Source of the DNA: Patescibacteria group bacterium
Lineage (GTDB): Bacteria > Patescibacteriota > Minisyncoccia > 2-02-FULL-40-12
Direction of reading: 5' to 3'
Length of the DNA stretch: 64,000 nucleotides
Assembly: GCA_038062015.1 (NCBI GenBank)
Contig: JBBTXZ010000002.1
Coordinates: 1,266-65,265, forward strand
Below the pieces are notes generated by a model, which was not told the DNA's origin, did not search any database, and saw only the letters and a list, made by a program, of their open reading frames with translations. Positions 48,011-57,868 of the stretch are shown here, in pieces. Position numbers and translations under genes: made by a program. Position 1 is the first letter of the stretch. Each line of letters begins with the position of its first letter.

Positions 48011-48772
48011 CTACGAAGTCACTCTTTCTCTAAGCAGCTGGACCTCACACTCCACTGCCTCGATGAGTGAAGTGAGCTGAAGCATCCGTTTCTTGTAGTC
48101 GGTGAAGCCTTCCTCGGCGGCGGTTTGCTCTTGAGGGTGGATATAATCCACTACCACCTCTCCCACTCTCTGGCCTTCCGTAATCGCCCGAACTAACGGA
48201 ATAAAAATGGAATCCCAGCGATCGCCGTAGTATTTTGATCCATCAAGGGACTTCCCATCATAGGCGAGAAAGTATTTTGCCGCTTCAGTGGAAAAGGCGC
48301 GCGGGCCAAACCAAACATCCAGCGCCTTACCGGTCAGCAGACGGAACCCATCATTGCCGTAGAGCTCCGCATGCATTTGAAACTCGGGGTACGAGGCAAG
48401 GCAGTCCCTTCTTCGAGGCACGACGATCTCATACTGGCCATCGAGAATTGGCTGGACCATTTGATGGATGAATGACACCAGAGGATTCTTTTCCGGCTCC
48501 ATCCACACAACCACTCCATCCTCTCCAGCCAAGCGTACTGCTTCTCTGATGGCTTGGCGGCGGCTCAAACCCATCGTCCCCTTTTCCTCGGCCAGTAAGA
48601 CCGCACGCAAATCAATGAGCCGAGCTTTCACCTCCATGGAAGGAGAACCGTCGACAACCACAATCGGAAGGCTCGAGCTGGTTGCCGACCTGACTGTCTT
48701 GAACGCTTCTTTGGCCCTGACTTCGTCCGGCGACCGATACCAAGTAGTCGTAGCAATCACAACCCGTCCCAC
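48011..48772 (-). CDS. GT-A-like hypothetical protein (SD-led, GC-rich)
   Basis: IVVVDGS, GTMG..RR, VVWMEPEK in place of DxD, IVVPRR, D.WFGPR; GGAGGT before GTG. Confidence 0.55.
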   Translation of the reverse strand: MGRVVIATTTWYRSPDEVRAKEAFKTVRSATSSSLPIVVVDGSPSMEVKARLIDLRAVLLAEEKGTMGLSRRQAIREAVRLAGEDGVVVWMEPEKNPLVSFIHQMVQPILDGQYEIVVPRRRDCLASYPEFQMHAELYGNDGFRLLTGKALDVWFGPRAFSTEAAKYFLAYDGKSLDGSKYYGDRWDSIFIPLVRAITEGQRVGEVVVDYIHPQEQTAAEEGFTDYKKRMLQLTSLIEAVECEVQLLRERVTS

Positions 48773-48907
48773 TTCATACCTCCAATCGAAAAATTCTAAT
48801 CCGCTTAAATACTTGCTATAAATTACAGTAATATATTTTAATTAAAAAGTCAAGTTTACTTAGATGTATTTTGATGTTTTAATTAATAGCGGCTTCAAAT
48901 AATTTCA

Positions 48908-50086
48908 ATGATTAAACTGATCAAATCAACCTTCTATAACGAGGCTGAAACTAAAGATAAGCTGATAAAATTCATAAAAACCAAGAGCCAGCTTAGTTTC
49001 GGGTCCGAGTGCGAAAAGTTTGAAAAAAACTTTGCCAAATACCAAGGAAGAAAATTCTGCGTTTTTTTTAACAGCGGCAGTTCGGCTAATTTAGCTTTAA
49101 TCCAAGCACTTTTAAATCTGGGGAAAATTAAAAAGGATAACACCACCGCTTTTTCTGCCTTAACTTGGTCAACTAATGTGATGCCTTTTATTCAACTCGG
49201 CCTTGAAGCTCTGCCGGTTGATGTCGAACTTGAAACTCTTAATGTTTCGAGCCGTAAATTTCTTGAATTTTTAAAACACTATCAGGTCAAGGTCTTTTTT
49301 CTGACAAATTTACTCGGTTTTTGCGATGATATAGATAAAATTAAAGAAATTTGCGATAAACGGGGGATAATTCTTTTGGAAGATAACTGCGAGGCATTGG
49401 GTACGGTTTATAAAGGTAAAAAACTTGGCAATTTCGGTCTTGCCAGTACATTTTCTTTTTATGTCGGCCACCATATGTCAACTATTGAAGGCGGGGCGGT
49501 TTGTACTAACGATAAAGATTTAGCCCAAATGCTTAAAATCGTCCGGGCTCATGGCTGGGATAGAAATCTTAATCCTAATGAACAAAAAAAAATAAGAATC
49601 GCTTTTAATAATCACTCTGACTTTTACGCCCGTTATACTTTTTATGATTTGGGTTATAATTTAAGACCCACGGAAATAAATGGGTTTCTCGGTAATAATC
49701 AGCTTAAGTTTATTGATAAAATCATAAAACAAAGAAACAAGAATTTTTTGCAATTAGCAAAACATATTTATAAAAATAATGGCCGCTATCTGCCGATAAA
49801 ATACAATCACATTGATTTCGTTTCCAGCTTTGCCATGCCGGTTGTTTGCAAAAACTCTAAAATAAAAGATGGCCTGGTTTCAACCTGCAAAGATAAAATT
49901 GAAATCAGGCCGATTCTATCGGGCAATGTACTCCAACAGCCATTCGCTAAAAAACACCTTACTCCCAAAGGCCATAAAATTAATTGTCCTAATGCCCGCC
50001 TGATTCATGAACAGGGTTTATATTTTGCCAATAATCCGGAACTTACTAAAAAAGAAATGAATCAAATTGTGAGTATCTTTGCATAG
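48908..50086 (+). CDS. colD: ColD-type GDP-4-keto-6-deoxy-D-mannose 3-dehydratase (DegT family)
   Basis: NSGSSANL, LEDNCE, FSFYVGHHMSTIEGG (His in place of the PLP Lys), RAHGWDR, GYNLRPTE. Confidence 0.78.
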   Translation: MIKLIKSTFYNEAETKDKLIKFIKTKSQLSFGSECEKFEKNFAKYQGRKFCVFFNSGSSANLALIQALLNLGKIKKDNTTAFSALTWSTNVMPFIQLGLEALPVDVELETLNVSSRKFLEFLKHYQVKVFFLTNLLGFCDDIDKIKEICDKRGIILLEDNCEALGTVYKGKKLGNFGLASTFSFYVGHHMSTIEGGAVCTNDKDLAQMLKIVRAHGWDRNLNPNEQKKIRIAFNNHSDFYARYTFYDLGYNLRPTEINGFLGNNQLKFIDKIIKQRNKNFLQLAKHIYKNNGRYLPIKYNHIDFVSSFAMPVVCKNSKIKDGLVSTCKDKIEIRPILSGNVLQQPFAKKHLTPKGHKINCPNARLIHEQGLYFANNPELTKKEMNQIVSIFA

Positions 50087-50088
50087 AT

Positions 50089-51054
50089 ATGAAACTAACC
50101 GATAAAACTTCGATAAAACTCAGTTCAAGTAAAATACTTTTAACCGGAGGCGCCGGTTTTTTAGGTTCTCAAGTTTATAAAAAACTAATTGAGCGGGGCG
50201 TTAAACCCAAAAATATCTTAATCCCCCGCTCTAAAAATCTTGATTTAAGAAATTTTGAGAATAGCCAAAAAGCAGTAAAAAATAAAGATTTAGTTATTCA
50301 TATAGCCGGTACTGTCGGCGGAATCGGCTTCAACCGGGAACATCCGGCTAGGGCTTTTTATAATAACGCCGCGATGGCTCTTAATTTAATTGAAGCCTCG
50401 TGCCGGACCGGGGTTCAAAAGTTTGTCGGCATCGGTTCGGTCTGTGCTTACCCAAAATTTACGCCCGTGCCATTTAAGGAAACAAACTTATGGGACGGTT
50501 ATCCCGAAGAAACAAATGCCTCTTATGGCTTAGCCAAAAAATTTATGATGGTTCAATCGCAAGCCTATGCCCAAGAATACGGTTTTCCGGCGATTCATCT
50601 TTTAATGGTTAACCTTTACGGGCCGAGGGATAATTTTGACCCTAAAAGCTCTCATGTCATCCCGGCTTTAATTAAAAAAATTCACGAAGCAAAAACAAAG
50701 AATAGTAAATTTATTGAAGTTTGGGGAACCGGTAAGGCCAGCCGCGAATTTCTTTATGTTGAAGATGCCGCTGAAGCAATTGTTTTGGCGACTGAAAGAT
50801 ATGAAAAGCCCGAACCGGTGAATCTTGGCTCTGGAATGGAAATCACAATTAAGGATTTAGTTAAATTAATCTGTAAGCTAATGAACTATAAAGGTCAAAT
50901 AAAATGGGATAAAACTAAGCCTGACGGCCAACCAAGACGTGCTCTTGATGTTTCTTTAGCTAAAAAAGAATTTGGCTTTAAAGCCAAAACCAGTTTTGAA
51001 AAAGGCCTTAAAAAAACAGTCGATTGGTACCTAAAAAACCAAGACCGAATTTAA
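50089..51054 (+). CDS. fcl: GDP-L-fucose/colitose synthase
   Basis: GGAGFLG, VGGIGFN, GSVCAYPK, YGLAKK, NLYGPRDNF, SHVIPALI, WGTGKASREF, KPDGQPRR. Confidence 0.92.
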   Translation: MKLTDKTSIKLSSSKILLTGGAGFLGSQVYKKLIERGVKPKNILIPRSKNLDLRNFENSQKAVKNKDLVIHIAGTVGGIGFNREHPARAFYNNAAMALNLIEASCRTGVQKFVGIGSVCAYPKFTPVPFKETNLWDGYPEETNASYGLAKKFMMVQSQAYAQEYGFPAIHLLMVNLYGPRDNFDPKSSHVIPALIKKIHEAKTKNSKFIEVWGTGKASREFLYVEDAAEAIVLATERYEKPEPVNLGSGMEITIKDLVKLICKLMNYKGQIKWDKTKPDGQPRRALDVSLAKKEFGFKAKTSFEKGLKKTVDWYLKNQDRI

Positions 51055-51055
51055 G

Positions 51056-51910
51056 ATGATCACTTCCAGAAAATTTAAATTCGGCCGGTCAGGATTAGGC
51101 AATTGGCTTTTTAACTATGCCGGAACGAGGCTTTACGCCGAAAAAAACGGTTTTGATTTTGCGATGCCTGACTGGATCGGTACCAGAATTTTCCAGAATA
51201 TTAAACCTTGGACAGCGACGGAAAAAATCAAATCTTTTTTCTGCCGCGAAACCCAATTAGATGATTTAGATTCCTACACTAAACTTGATGCTCTTTTATG
51301 GTTATTCTCCAAAAATATAAAACTGCCCCAAACTCAAAGCCTGGAATCGCTTTATGAAAAACCAAAAGACAATATCAGTTTATACGCATACTTGCAGGAT
51401 GAATTCAGTCTTCAGCTTCTTAAACAAAACCGCGAAAAAATAAAAGACTGGTTCACATTTAATGAAAAAATACAGAAAGAATTCCAAAAACAAACTAAAG
51501 ATTTAAAGCCTTGGATAGGCGTTCATATAAGAAGAGGAGATTATATAAAACTCGGGATCAGCTTACCTGTTTCACAGTATAAATCTAAGCTTGATGAAAT
51601 ATTAAAGCAACTGCCTAATTATAAGGTTTTTATCGCCACCAATGATAGAAACATTATCTCGGAGTTCAAAGATTATAATTTATTGAAGGCATCTAATCCT
51701 CTATCTGATATACCTGATTATGTTTTTGATTTCTGGATGCTGGTTAATTCAGAATGGATTATCGGCGGTGGCTCAACCTTTTCCTGGTGGGCGGCATTTT
51801 TAAGCGATAAAGACTATTATCATAGCCCTCTCCTTACTAACTTTTGGACAAAAGATTATAGACCGGAATTCGCACTCCAAGATTTCTCTAAAGATTCCGC
51901 TATTAAATAA
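51056..51910 (+). CDS. GT11 alpha-1,2-fucosyl/colitosyltransferase
   Basis: GLGNWLF, GVHIRRGDY, STFSWWAAFL. Confidence 0.88.
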   Translation: MITSRKFKFGRSGLGNWLFNYAGTRLYAEKNGFDFAMPDWIGTRIFQNIKPWTATEKIKSFFCRETQLDDLDSYTKLDALLWLFSKNIKLPQTQSLESLYEKPKDNISLYAYLQDEFSLQLLKQNREKIKDWFTFNEKIQKEFQKQTKDLKPWIGVHIRRGDYIKLGISLPVSQYKSKLDEILKQLPNYKVFIATNDRNIISEFKDYNLLKASNPLSDIPDYVFDFWMLVNSEWIIGGGSTFSWWAAFLSDKDYYHSPLLTNFWTKDYRPEFALQDFSKDSAIK

Positions 51911-52937
51911 GTTTTGCTTTCCAGGTTTGAGGAAGATTCTTATGATCTAAATCCATCGAAGTAAGATAGACAAAAGACTGAGGACCTACTTCTTTAGCCC
52001 AAAAAATCATCTTTCTTAAACCGGTTCTTAAATCTGTTTTTGCTTTATAGCCTAAAAGTTTTTGAGCGACTTTGTGACTGCAATAGGCATACTTAACTTC
52101 TTGGGGTCGGTCCGGAAGATATTCAGGCTTAAATTTATCAGACATTTTGCCGTTTAAAAATTCGGATAAAAGCGTATCCGTTAATTCGTTTAGGGTAAAA
52201 GCTTTATCAGAACCTATATTTATTATTTCCCCTTCACATGATTTTAAAAAAGCAGATTTTGCCATTGCCGGAATGACATCATCAATATAAGAAAAGGCGC
52301 GTTTTTGCTTGCCATCTCCGTAAATATAGAAATTTTTGCTATGCATCAGCCGGTTTATAAAAATTCCGATAACATTCCGGTAAGGATCGCGCAGATTCTG
52401 CCTCGGGCCATAAACATTATGGGGCCTGAAAATTACGTATTTAAACCCATAGACCTGACTCATCACCCTGGTTTTTGCTTCCATAGCGGCTTTGGAAATC
52501 CCATAAATATCTTCAGGCAAGGGTGTCATGTCTTCTTTAAAAGGAGTCTGCTGGGCGCCGTAAACGCTCATAGAACTGGTTAAAATCATCTTCTTGAGGC
52601 CGTTTTTAATAGCCGGAACCAATAGATTTGTATAAGCGACAACATTGTTATCAATAGCGCTAAATGGCGTGAACTGGCTCCTGCCTTCGGTTGCGTCGGC
52701 AGCCAAATGAAATATTATTTCCGGTTTAAGTGATCCAATGTATTTTGCTGTTTTCTCACGGTCTCTCAAATCCAGTTTTGTGAATCTTGACTTGTCAGAG
52801 ACATTCCGCATAAACCCGCCGGATAAATCATCTACTCCATAAACATCATGACCCTTCTCTAAAAGATCATCAAAAAGATGACTGCCCATAAACCCGGCTG
52901 ACCCAGTAACCAGTATTTTGGTTTTATTTTTTTTCAT
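51903..52937 (-). CDS. NAD-dependent epimerase/dehydratase
   Basis: TGSAGFMG, HLAADATEGRS, YGISK, RPHNVYGPRQN..DPYRNV. Confidence 0.9.
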   Translation of the reverse strand: MKKNKTKILVTGSAGFMGSHLFDDLLEKGHDVYGVDDLSGGFMRNVSDKSRFTKLDLRDREKTAKYIGSLKPEIIFHLAADATEGRSQFTPFSAIDNNVVAYTNLLVPAIKNGLKKMILTSSMSVYGAQQTPFKEDMTPLPEDIYGISKAAMEAKTRVMSQVYGFKYVIFRPHNVYGPRQNLRDPYRNVIGIFINRLMHSKNFYIYGDGKQKRAFSYIDDVIPAMAKSAFLKSCEGEIINIGSDKAFTLNELTDTLLSEFLNGKMSDKFKPEYLPDRPQEVKYAYCSHKVAQKLLGYKAKTDLRTGLRKMIFWAKEVGPQSFVYLTSMDLDHKNLPQTWKAKLI

Positions 52938-54012
52938 TTATTTGAGTTAAATTACTGATTAACAATTTCAGTTCTCCGCCAAGAACTTTTGGAGTGCAGT
53001 ATTTTATAAATTTATTATAGCCGTTTTCAACCAATTTGCCTCTTAAATCCAAATTATTTTTTAATTCAAGGATTGCTTTGGCTAAACTTTCGGAGTCCGC
53101 TGGCTGAACCATCATCAAATTATCGTCACTAAATAATTCGCGGCAAGCAGAAGTATCGCCGCTTATCACCGGTCTTCTCATTGCTAATGATTCATAAATT
53201 TTATTCGGAATAACCAAAGCTGTTTTAGGCGTGTCTCCAAAAATCCCTAAACAAAGATGACACTTCTTAGCTTCTGTTAAAATACCTTCTGATAACATTT
53301 TACCCTTAAATTCGATATTTTTCAAATTCAGTTGGTGATTCAATTCAAGGATTGACTCTTTCTCTTGCCCGTCGCCGATAATAGTAAAAAATATATTTTG
53401 GTCCTCTAGAATTTTAACGGCCTGCAATATATACTTTATTCCTTGAAGCGGGATAAAAGTCCCGAAAAATAAAACCCTAAAAACATTTTTTTCTACTGGA
53501 AACGGCAAAGGCTTAAAAACTTTATCATCGGCCCCGATCCAGATTCTTCTGAATTTTTCGGGCGGAAGATTAAATTCTTCAACGAAAAAATTTATATGAG
53601 CTTGGGTATCGAGCAAAACCAAATCGGCCAAGCGGCAAGACCATTTATCAAGAAAACGATAGTATTTGGCCATTAAACTTGTTTTTGGATATTTTTTTCT
53701 ATCAATAATATAACCGCCGTAATGAGAAGCAAAGGCGTCAAAAATTATAGGTTTTCGGGCTTGCCCTGAGAAAAATCGAAGGGTTAAAAAACGGGCTAAG
53801 AACATCACTTCTTGTCCCGGGAATCCGACTATCATCACATCGTATGAAGTTTTTAATTTCAGATATTTTAAAAAAAGTTTCGGCAAGGCTCTAAAACCGC
53901 CGCCTTGAACATTGCATTCAAGAACTTCAACGCCGTTTTCTCTCAAACCGTCAATCAAAATACGGTTGCGGGCGTAATTAGGATTATAATTCCCAAAATA
54001 TAAAATCCTCAT
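52924..54012 (-). CDS. GT4 glycosyltransferase
   Basis: GTFIPLQG, LGIFGDTPK, VIPNKIYE. Confidence 0.9.
   Translation of the reverse strand: MRILYFGNYNPNYARNRILIDGLRENGVEVLECNVQGGGFRALPKLFLKYLKLKTSYDVMIVGFPGQEVMFLARFLTLRFFSGQARKPIIFDAFASHYGGYIIDRKKYPKTSLMAKYYRFLDKWSCRLADLVLLDTQAHINFFVEEFNLPPEKFRRIWIGADDKVFKPLPFPVEKNVFRVLFFGTFIPLQGIKYILQAVKILEDQNIFFTIIGDGQEKESILELNHQLNLKNIEFKGKMLSEGILTEAKKCHLCLGIFGDTPKTALVIPNKIYESLAMRRPVISGDTSACRELFSDDNLMMVQPADSESLAKAILELKNNLDLRGKLVENGYNKFIKYCTPKVLGGELKLLISNLTQINEKK
53759..53783. repeat. REP-like CCCTGAG-N5-TCGAAGGG element in frame in a GT
   Basis: GCTTGCCCTGAGAAAAATCGAAGGG; encodes LRFFSGQA between FLT and RKPIIFD. Confidence 0.55.
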
Positions 54013-55022
54013 TAGGTTTTTATTGTATCCAATATAGTTTTAACCCTATGATTTATTGTGTGGTCTTGTAAAATTCTCTGATACCCGGCCAAAGCAATTT
54101 CTTTTCTTTTTTCTTCGTTCGATAAATAAAACATAATTTTATCCAAAAGTTCGCCGGGTGTTTTATAAGTTTCAACCTCTTTCCCGGGCTGTAAAATATT
54201 TTTTAGTTCCGGCTGGCTGTCTGAAAGCTGAAAACCGCCGGCCGCCGGAATTTCAAAAGTCTTTAAATTCACTCCCCCATTTTGAGGCTGTAAGTTGCTG
54301 TTTAAGGAAATTTTTGACAAAGAATAAGCTTTGGCAATTTTTTCTGTAGAAAGCAAAGGCCCGCAGTAATTTTCAGCCAAAGAAGTGTTAAACCAGTCTT
54401 TCCAGCCAAAAATTTTAAGATTAACTCCCAACTTTTTTACTTCGGATAAGAGTTTTTCCCGCTCCGGATACAAAGCACCGACAAAACAAACATCGCAACT
54501 GTAAAATTCTTTGTCTTTTTGAGATAAATCACTGACTCTATAATAATCAGGATTCACTGCTACGGGTAAATATTTAAGGTTGCCAGACCCAAATTTATCC
54601 GTTATTGCCGGATCATAGTTAAAAAAATGGTCATAATAATGATGAGCCTTTAAAAACCAGCGATTATAATTTGGATGGTCAACATTTTCATAAAACCAGT
54701 TTATTAAAGTAGTACCCATGGCCTTTATTTTTACCAGCGTCTCCGGATAAATTATCACCCCTTTTGTGGTAAATAAAAAGTCGGGCTTTACTTTTTCGCA
54801 AAAGCTAATTAGCCTTTTATTCCACCTTTTATTATTTATCCCTTTTAAACGAGAGAACCTTTTGAGTAAACTCCAGGCCAATTTATTTTGACTTAAAAAA
54901 GAAGGCAAAAAAGTATTAATTCGTTCGTTAAAACGAAAAACCTCGGCGTCATGTTGCTTAAACGCTTTTTCAATATGCCGGTTAACAGGTGAATCTGCTG
55001 AAACAAATAAAATTTTCATCAT
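54012..55022 (-). CDS. CgeB/DUF3880-type glycosyltransferase
   Basis: YLPVAVNP, DVCFVG..YPERE, NLKTFEIPAAGGFQL, HTINHR. Confidence 0.88.
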   Translation of the reverse strand: MMKILFVSADSPVNRHIEKAFKQHDAEVFRFNERINTFLPSFLSQNKLAWSLLKRFSRLKGINNKRWNKRLISFCEKVKPDFLFTTKGVIIYPETLVKIKAMGTTLINWFYENVDHPNYNRWFLKAHHYYDHFFNYDPAITDKFGSGNLKYLPVAVNPDYYRVSDLSQKDKEFYSCDVCFVGALYPEREKLLSEVKKLGVNLKIFGWKDWFNTSLAENYCGPLLSTEKIAKAYSLSKISLNSNLQPQNGGVNLKTFEIPAAGGFQLSDSQPELKNILQPGKEVETYKTPGELLDKIMFYLSNEEKRKEIALAGYQRILQDHTINHRVKTILDTIKT

Positions 55023-56086
55023 TATAGTAACTCTGAAATTTTTCTTACTGTATCAGATAAATTGTGATTTTTAATGACTGATTCTTCCAAATAATCAATA
55101 ATATGCTTTGTTTTTTGTTCTGGCAAATTCAATAAATTCTGGATCTTTTCAGCTAAATCTCCGGCGGCGCCGTGTTTAAAAATCAAAAATCGGTTAAAAT
55201 CGCCAAAGTATCTTTTAAATATTTCATTGGCGACTAAAGTCAAAGAACCCGCTGCCATCGCCTCAAGAACAACTTTATCAATACCGCCTTTTGGAGCAAG
55301 ATTTACAAAAATATCGGCTTCTTTATAGTAACCGGCGATGCCGCTATAAGGAATAAAGCCGGTAAATTCGATGGAGCCTTCCAATTCCAAATCTTTGACC
55401 ATTTTTTTTAATTCATCGAAATATTCTATATCGTAATCCATTATTGGACGTCCAATTATATTAACCTTAAACGTTAGTCCATTGTCTTTTAAAATTTTTA
55501 CTGCCTTAATTAAGGTTTCGTAATTTTTAATTCTTGATATCCGGCCAACGCTTAAAATTCTGACCTCCCTAGAGTTTAAGTTATCTTGTTTCCTTTCGGT
55601 TTTAAATTTTTGAACATCAATCCCGTGTCCTACTTCAATTATTTTCTTGCTTTTGATATTCAAACTTTCAGCGGTTGAAGTTACGATTTTATAACAGAGT
55701 TTCTCGGCCAGTTTAAGGCGCCTTGTAACTGAACGGTGCAAATACCAAAGGACAATTCTTTTTCTAAAAATTGTGGCGACCGGCCAAGACAAAACCGCAA
55801 AAATCGGAGACATATGAATAAAAACCCCATCTGATTTCGGAATTAATCTAAATAAATACCAATAAAACTTTATGAACATTTTGATCTTTGAACTTCGAAA
55901 CTCTTTGCCCAATGAATAAATAAATACATTTTTAGGCAAATTATGACTTCCTTGTCCCAAAGTTATGACAAAAACTCTATCAAAATTATTGGCAAACTCT
56001 TTAAGCCACGAAACAAAAAAACCCAAAAGATCGTCATCCTGGTCAACTTTCTGGGTAATTATCAAAAGATTTTCCATTTTGTCCAC
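55022..56086 (-). CDS. GT4 glycosyltransferase
   Basis: ITQKVD..DDLLGFF, GHGID, VGRISRIK, GGIDKVVLEAMAAG. Confidence 0.9.
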   Translation of the reverse strand: MDKMENLLIITQKVDQDDDLLGFFVSWLKEFANNFDRVFVITLGQGSHNLPKNVFIYSLGKEFRSSKIKMFIKFYWYLFRLIPKSDGVFIHMSPIFAVLSWPVATIFRKRIVLWYLHRSVTRRLKLAEKLCYKIVTSTAESLNIKSKKIIEVGHGIDVQKFKTERKQDNLNSREVRILSVGRISRIKNYETLIKAVKILKDNGLTFKVNIIGRPIMDYDIEYFDELKKMVKDLELEGSIEFTGFIPYSGIAGYYKEADIFVNLAPKGGIDKVVLEAMAAGSLTLVANEIFKRYFGDFNRFLIFKHGAAGDLAEKIQNLLNLPEQKTKHIIDYLEESVIKNHNLSDTVRKISELL

Positions 56087-56123
56087 TCTTGAATTAAATT
56101 ACATATGTAAGATAACTCAAGAA

Positions 56124-57803
56124 TCATTTGCTAAAAGTAAAAGTATAAAAACTATCCAATTCTTTAAACTCTCCTCTTAAAATCTTCAAAGCTGATTCAT
56201 CTTTTACATCAGGGCCGAAGAAATCATAGATTGTCTGACTGGCCTCTTCAAAATGTCGATTTTTCGCCTGAATCAAGGCATAAAAAATAACATTGCCTTT
56301 CCCGCCGTATTCGAAAACTAAAATTTTAAGCGTTTCTTCGGCTTCCGGATATTTTTTCCTAGTGAAATAAACCCGGCTTAGATTCTGTAAAGTGTTTTGG
56401 TGCTTCGGTCTTAATTCAAGGACCCGTTCCAAAAATTTTTCCGCTTCGGCATAATCGCCTTCCTGAACTTCAACCGCCCCTCTAAGATTCAGATTTTGAA
56501 TATAATCGGGATATTTTTCATAAACCTCCAGAGATAACTTTTTGGCTAATTCTTTATCCTGATTAAGAATCAAGATTCCATAATTAGTCTTAGCCGCGAC
56601 GCTATTGGGCGACTTCTTAAAACTGTCGGTTAAAAGAGCTTCGCGGTTGGCCCAGACACGGTTCTGGCTGACAGTTATAAAACCATAAACAACCGATAAA
56701 ATCAATAAAATGGCTAAACCTAACCGCTTTGACAACTTGAATAACTGCTCGATGAATACAGCTAAAATCATCAACGCGCCCAAAGAAGGGAAATACATCA
56801 GCCGTTCAGCCATTATTGTTCCGGTCGGAAAAATCAGATTTGAAATTACAAGATAAGGAAGGAAAAAAAATATAAAGAGCCAACCTAAAACCGAACTCTT
56901 TTTTCGCGTTAGAATCTTGTAACCCTCCCAAAACATCAATCCTAAAAAAACGAGGCCCAATAATGAAAGTGGCGAAGAAAATAAGTTCGTTACTATCGAA
57001 ATCTGGTCATAAGAATAATCAGCCGAAAGATTGTAAGGCACAAAAACTTTTTGAAGATAAAGAACTAAAATTTTTAAAGCCGTAAAAATCCGTTCAAAAA
57101 AAGAAGCATAAGCCAGAGGATTAAAAACAAATTCAACCTGCGATTTGAAGGCGTATTGACCCAGAACAGCGATCCGAAGAATAAAATAAAAAATCATCGC
57201 TGCAAAATAATAAATCGGCCACCGCCAGCCCCGGTGATAATATAAGTTGAACAGAAAAATAATAGCCAGTACCATTATCACACTTTCCTTATTTAAAAAA
57301 GCTAAAAACAAAACTATAGCCGAGAGAAAATACTTTGAATCAAACCACAAAAGCAAAGTTAAAATTCCGAAAAAAAGCGAAAGCAGTTCGGTCCGGCCGC
57401 TAATTGCCGTCACGGCCTCAACGTGAATTGGCAAGACCAAGAATAATAAAGAAGCAATCAAACTGAGACGGCTATTGCTAGTCAACTTTTTCAAAAGTAA
57501 ATAAACCAAAAATGAGTTAATAATATGCAACAAAACATTGACCAGATGAAAACCGAACGGCGAAGAGCCGATTAAAAAATTAAGGCCGAAGCTGATTTGA
57601 ACCAAGGGCCGGTAAAGTCCGGCTTGGTAAAAATCTTCGAAATACGGCTGGCTGAAAAAAGAAAATATTTTGCTTGGCTGACCGAAAAGACTGTGCGATA
57701 AAATTAAATGATCATCATGGACAAATTCACCGTTCAGACCATTAGAAAAGACGGAAGAACCGATCAATAAAAAAAGAATGAAAACAGCCTTATTTGACTT
57801 CAT
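56124..57803 (-). CDS. TMTC/DUF1736-type protein O-mannosyltransferase-like GT-C with TPRs
   Basis: FVHDD, YRPL, HVEAV..ISGR, KES, LSADYS, AERLMYFPS, C-terminal TPRs; likely start MKSNK. Confidence 0.85.
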   Translation of the reverse strand: MKSNKAVFILFLLIGSSVFSNGLNGEFVHDDHLILSHSLFGQPSKIFSFFSQPYFEDFYQAGLYRPLVQISFGLNFLIGSSPFGFHLVNVLLHIINSFLVYLLLKKLTSNSRLSLIASLLFLVLPIHVEAVTAISGRTELLSLFFGILTLLLWFDSKYFLSAIVLFLAFLNKESVIMVLAIIFLFNLYYHRGWRWPIYYFAAMIFYFILRIAVLGQYAFKSQVEFVFNPLAYASFFERIFTALKILVLYLQKVFVPYNLSADYSYDQISIVTNLFSSPLSLLGLVFLGLMFWEGYKILTRKKSSVLGWLFIFFFLPYLVISNLIFPTGTIMAERLMYFPSLGALMILAVFIEQLFKLSKRLGLAILLILSVVYGFITVSQNRVWANREALLTDSFKKSPNSVAAKTNYGILILNQDKELAKKLSLEVYEKYPDYIQNLNLRGAVEVQEGDYAEAEKFLERVLELRPKHQNTLQNLSRVYFTRKKYPEAEETLKILVFEYGGKGNVIFYALIQAKNRHFEEASQTIYDFFGPDVKDESALKILRGEFKELDSFYTFTFSK

Positions 57804-57868
57804 AAGTAAAACTTTATCTAAAAACAAAAAACGGCGCAATTACGGCCATTTTTCGTTTAAAAATCAAA

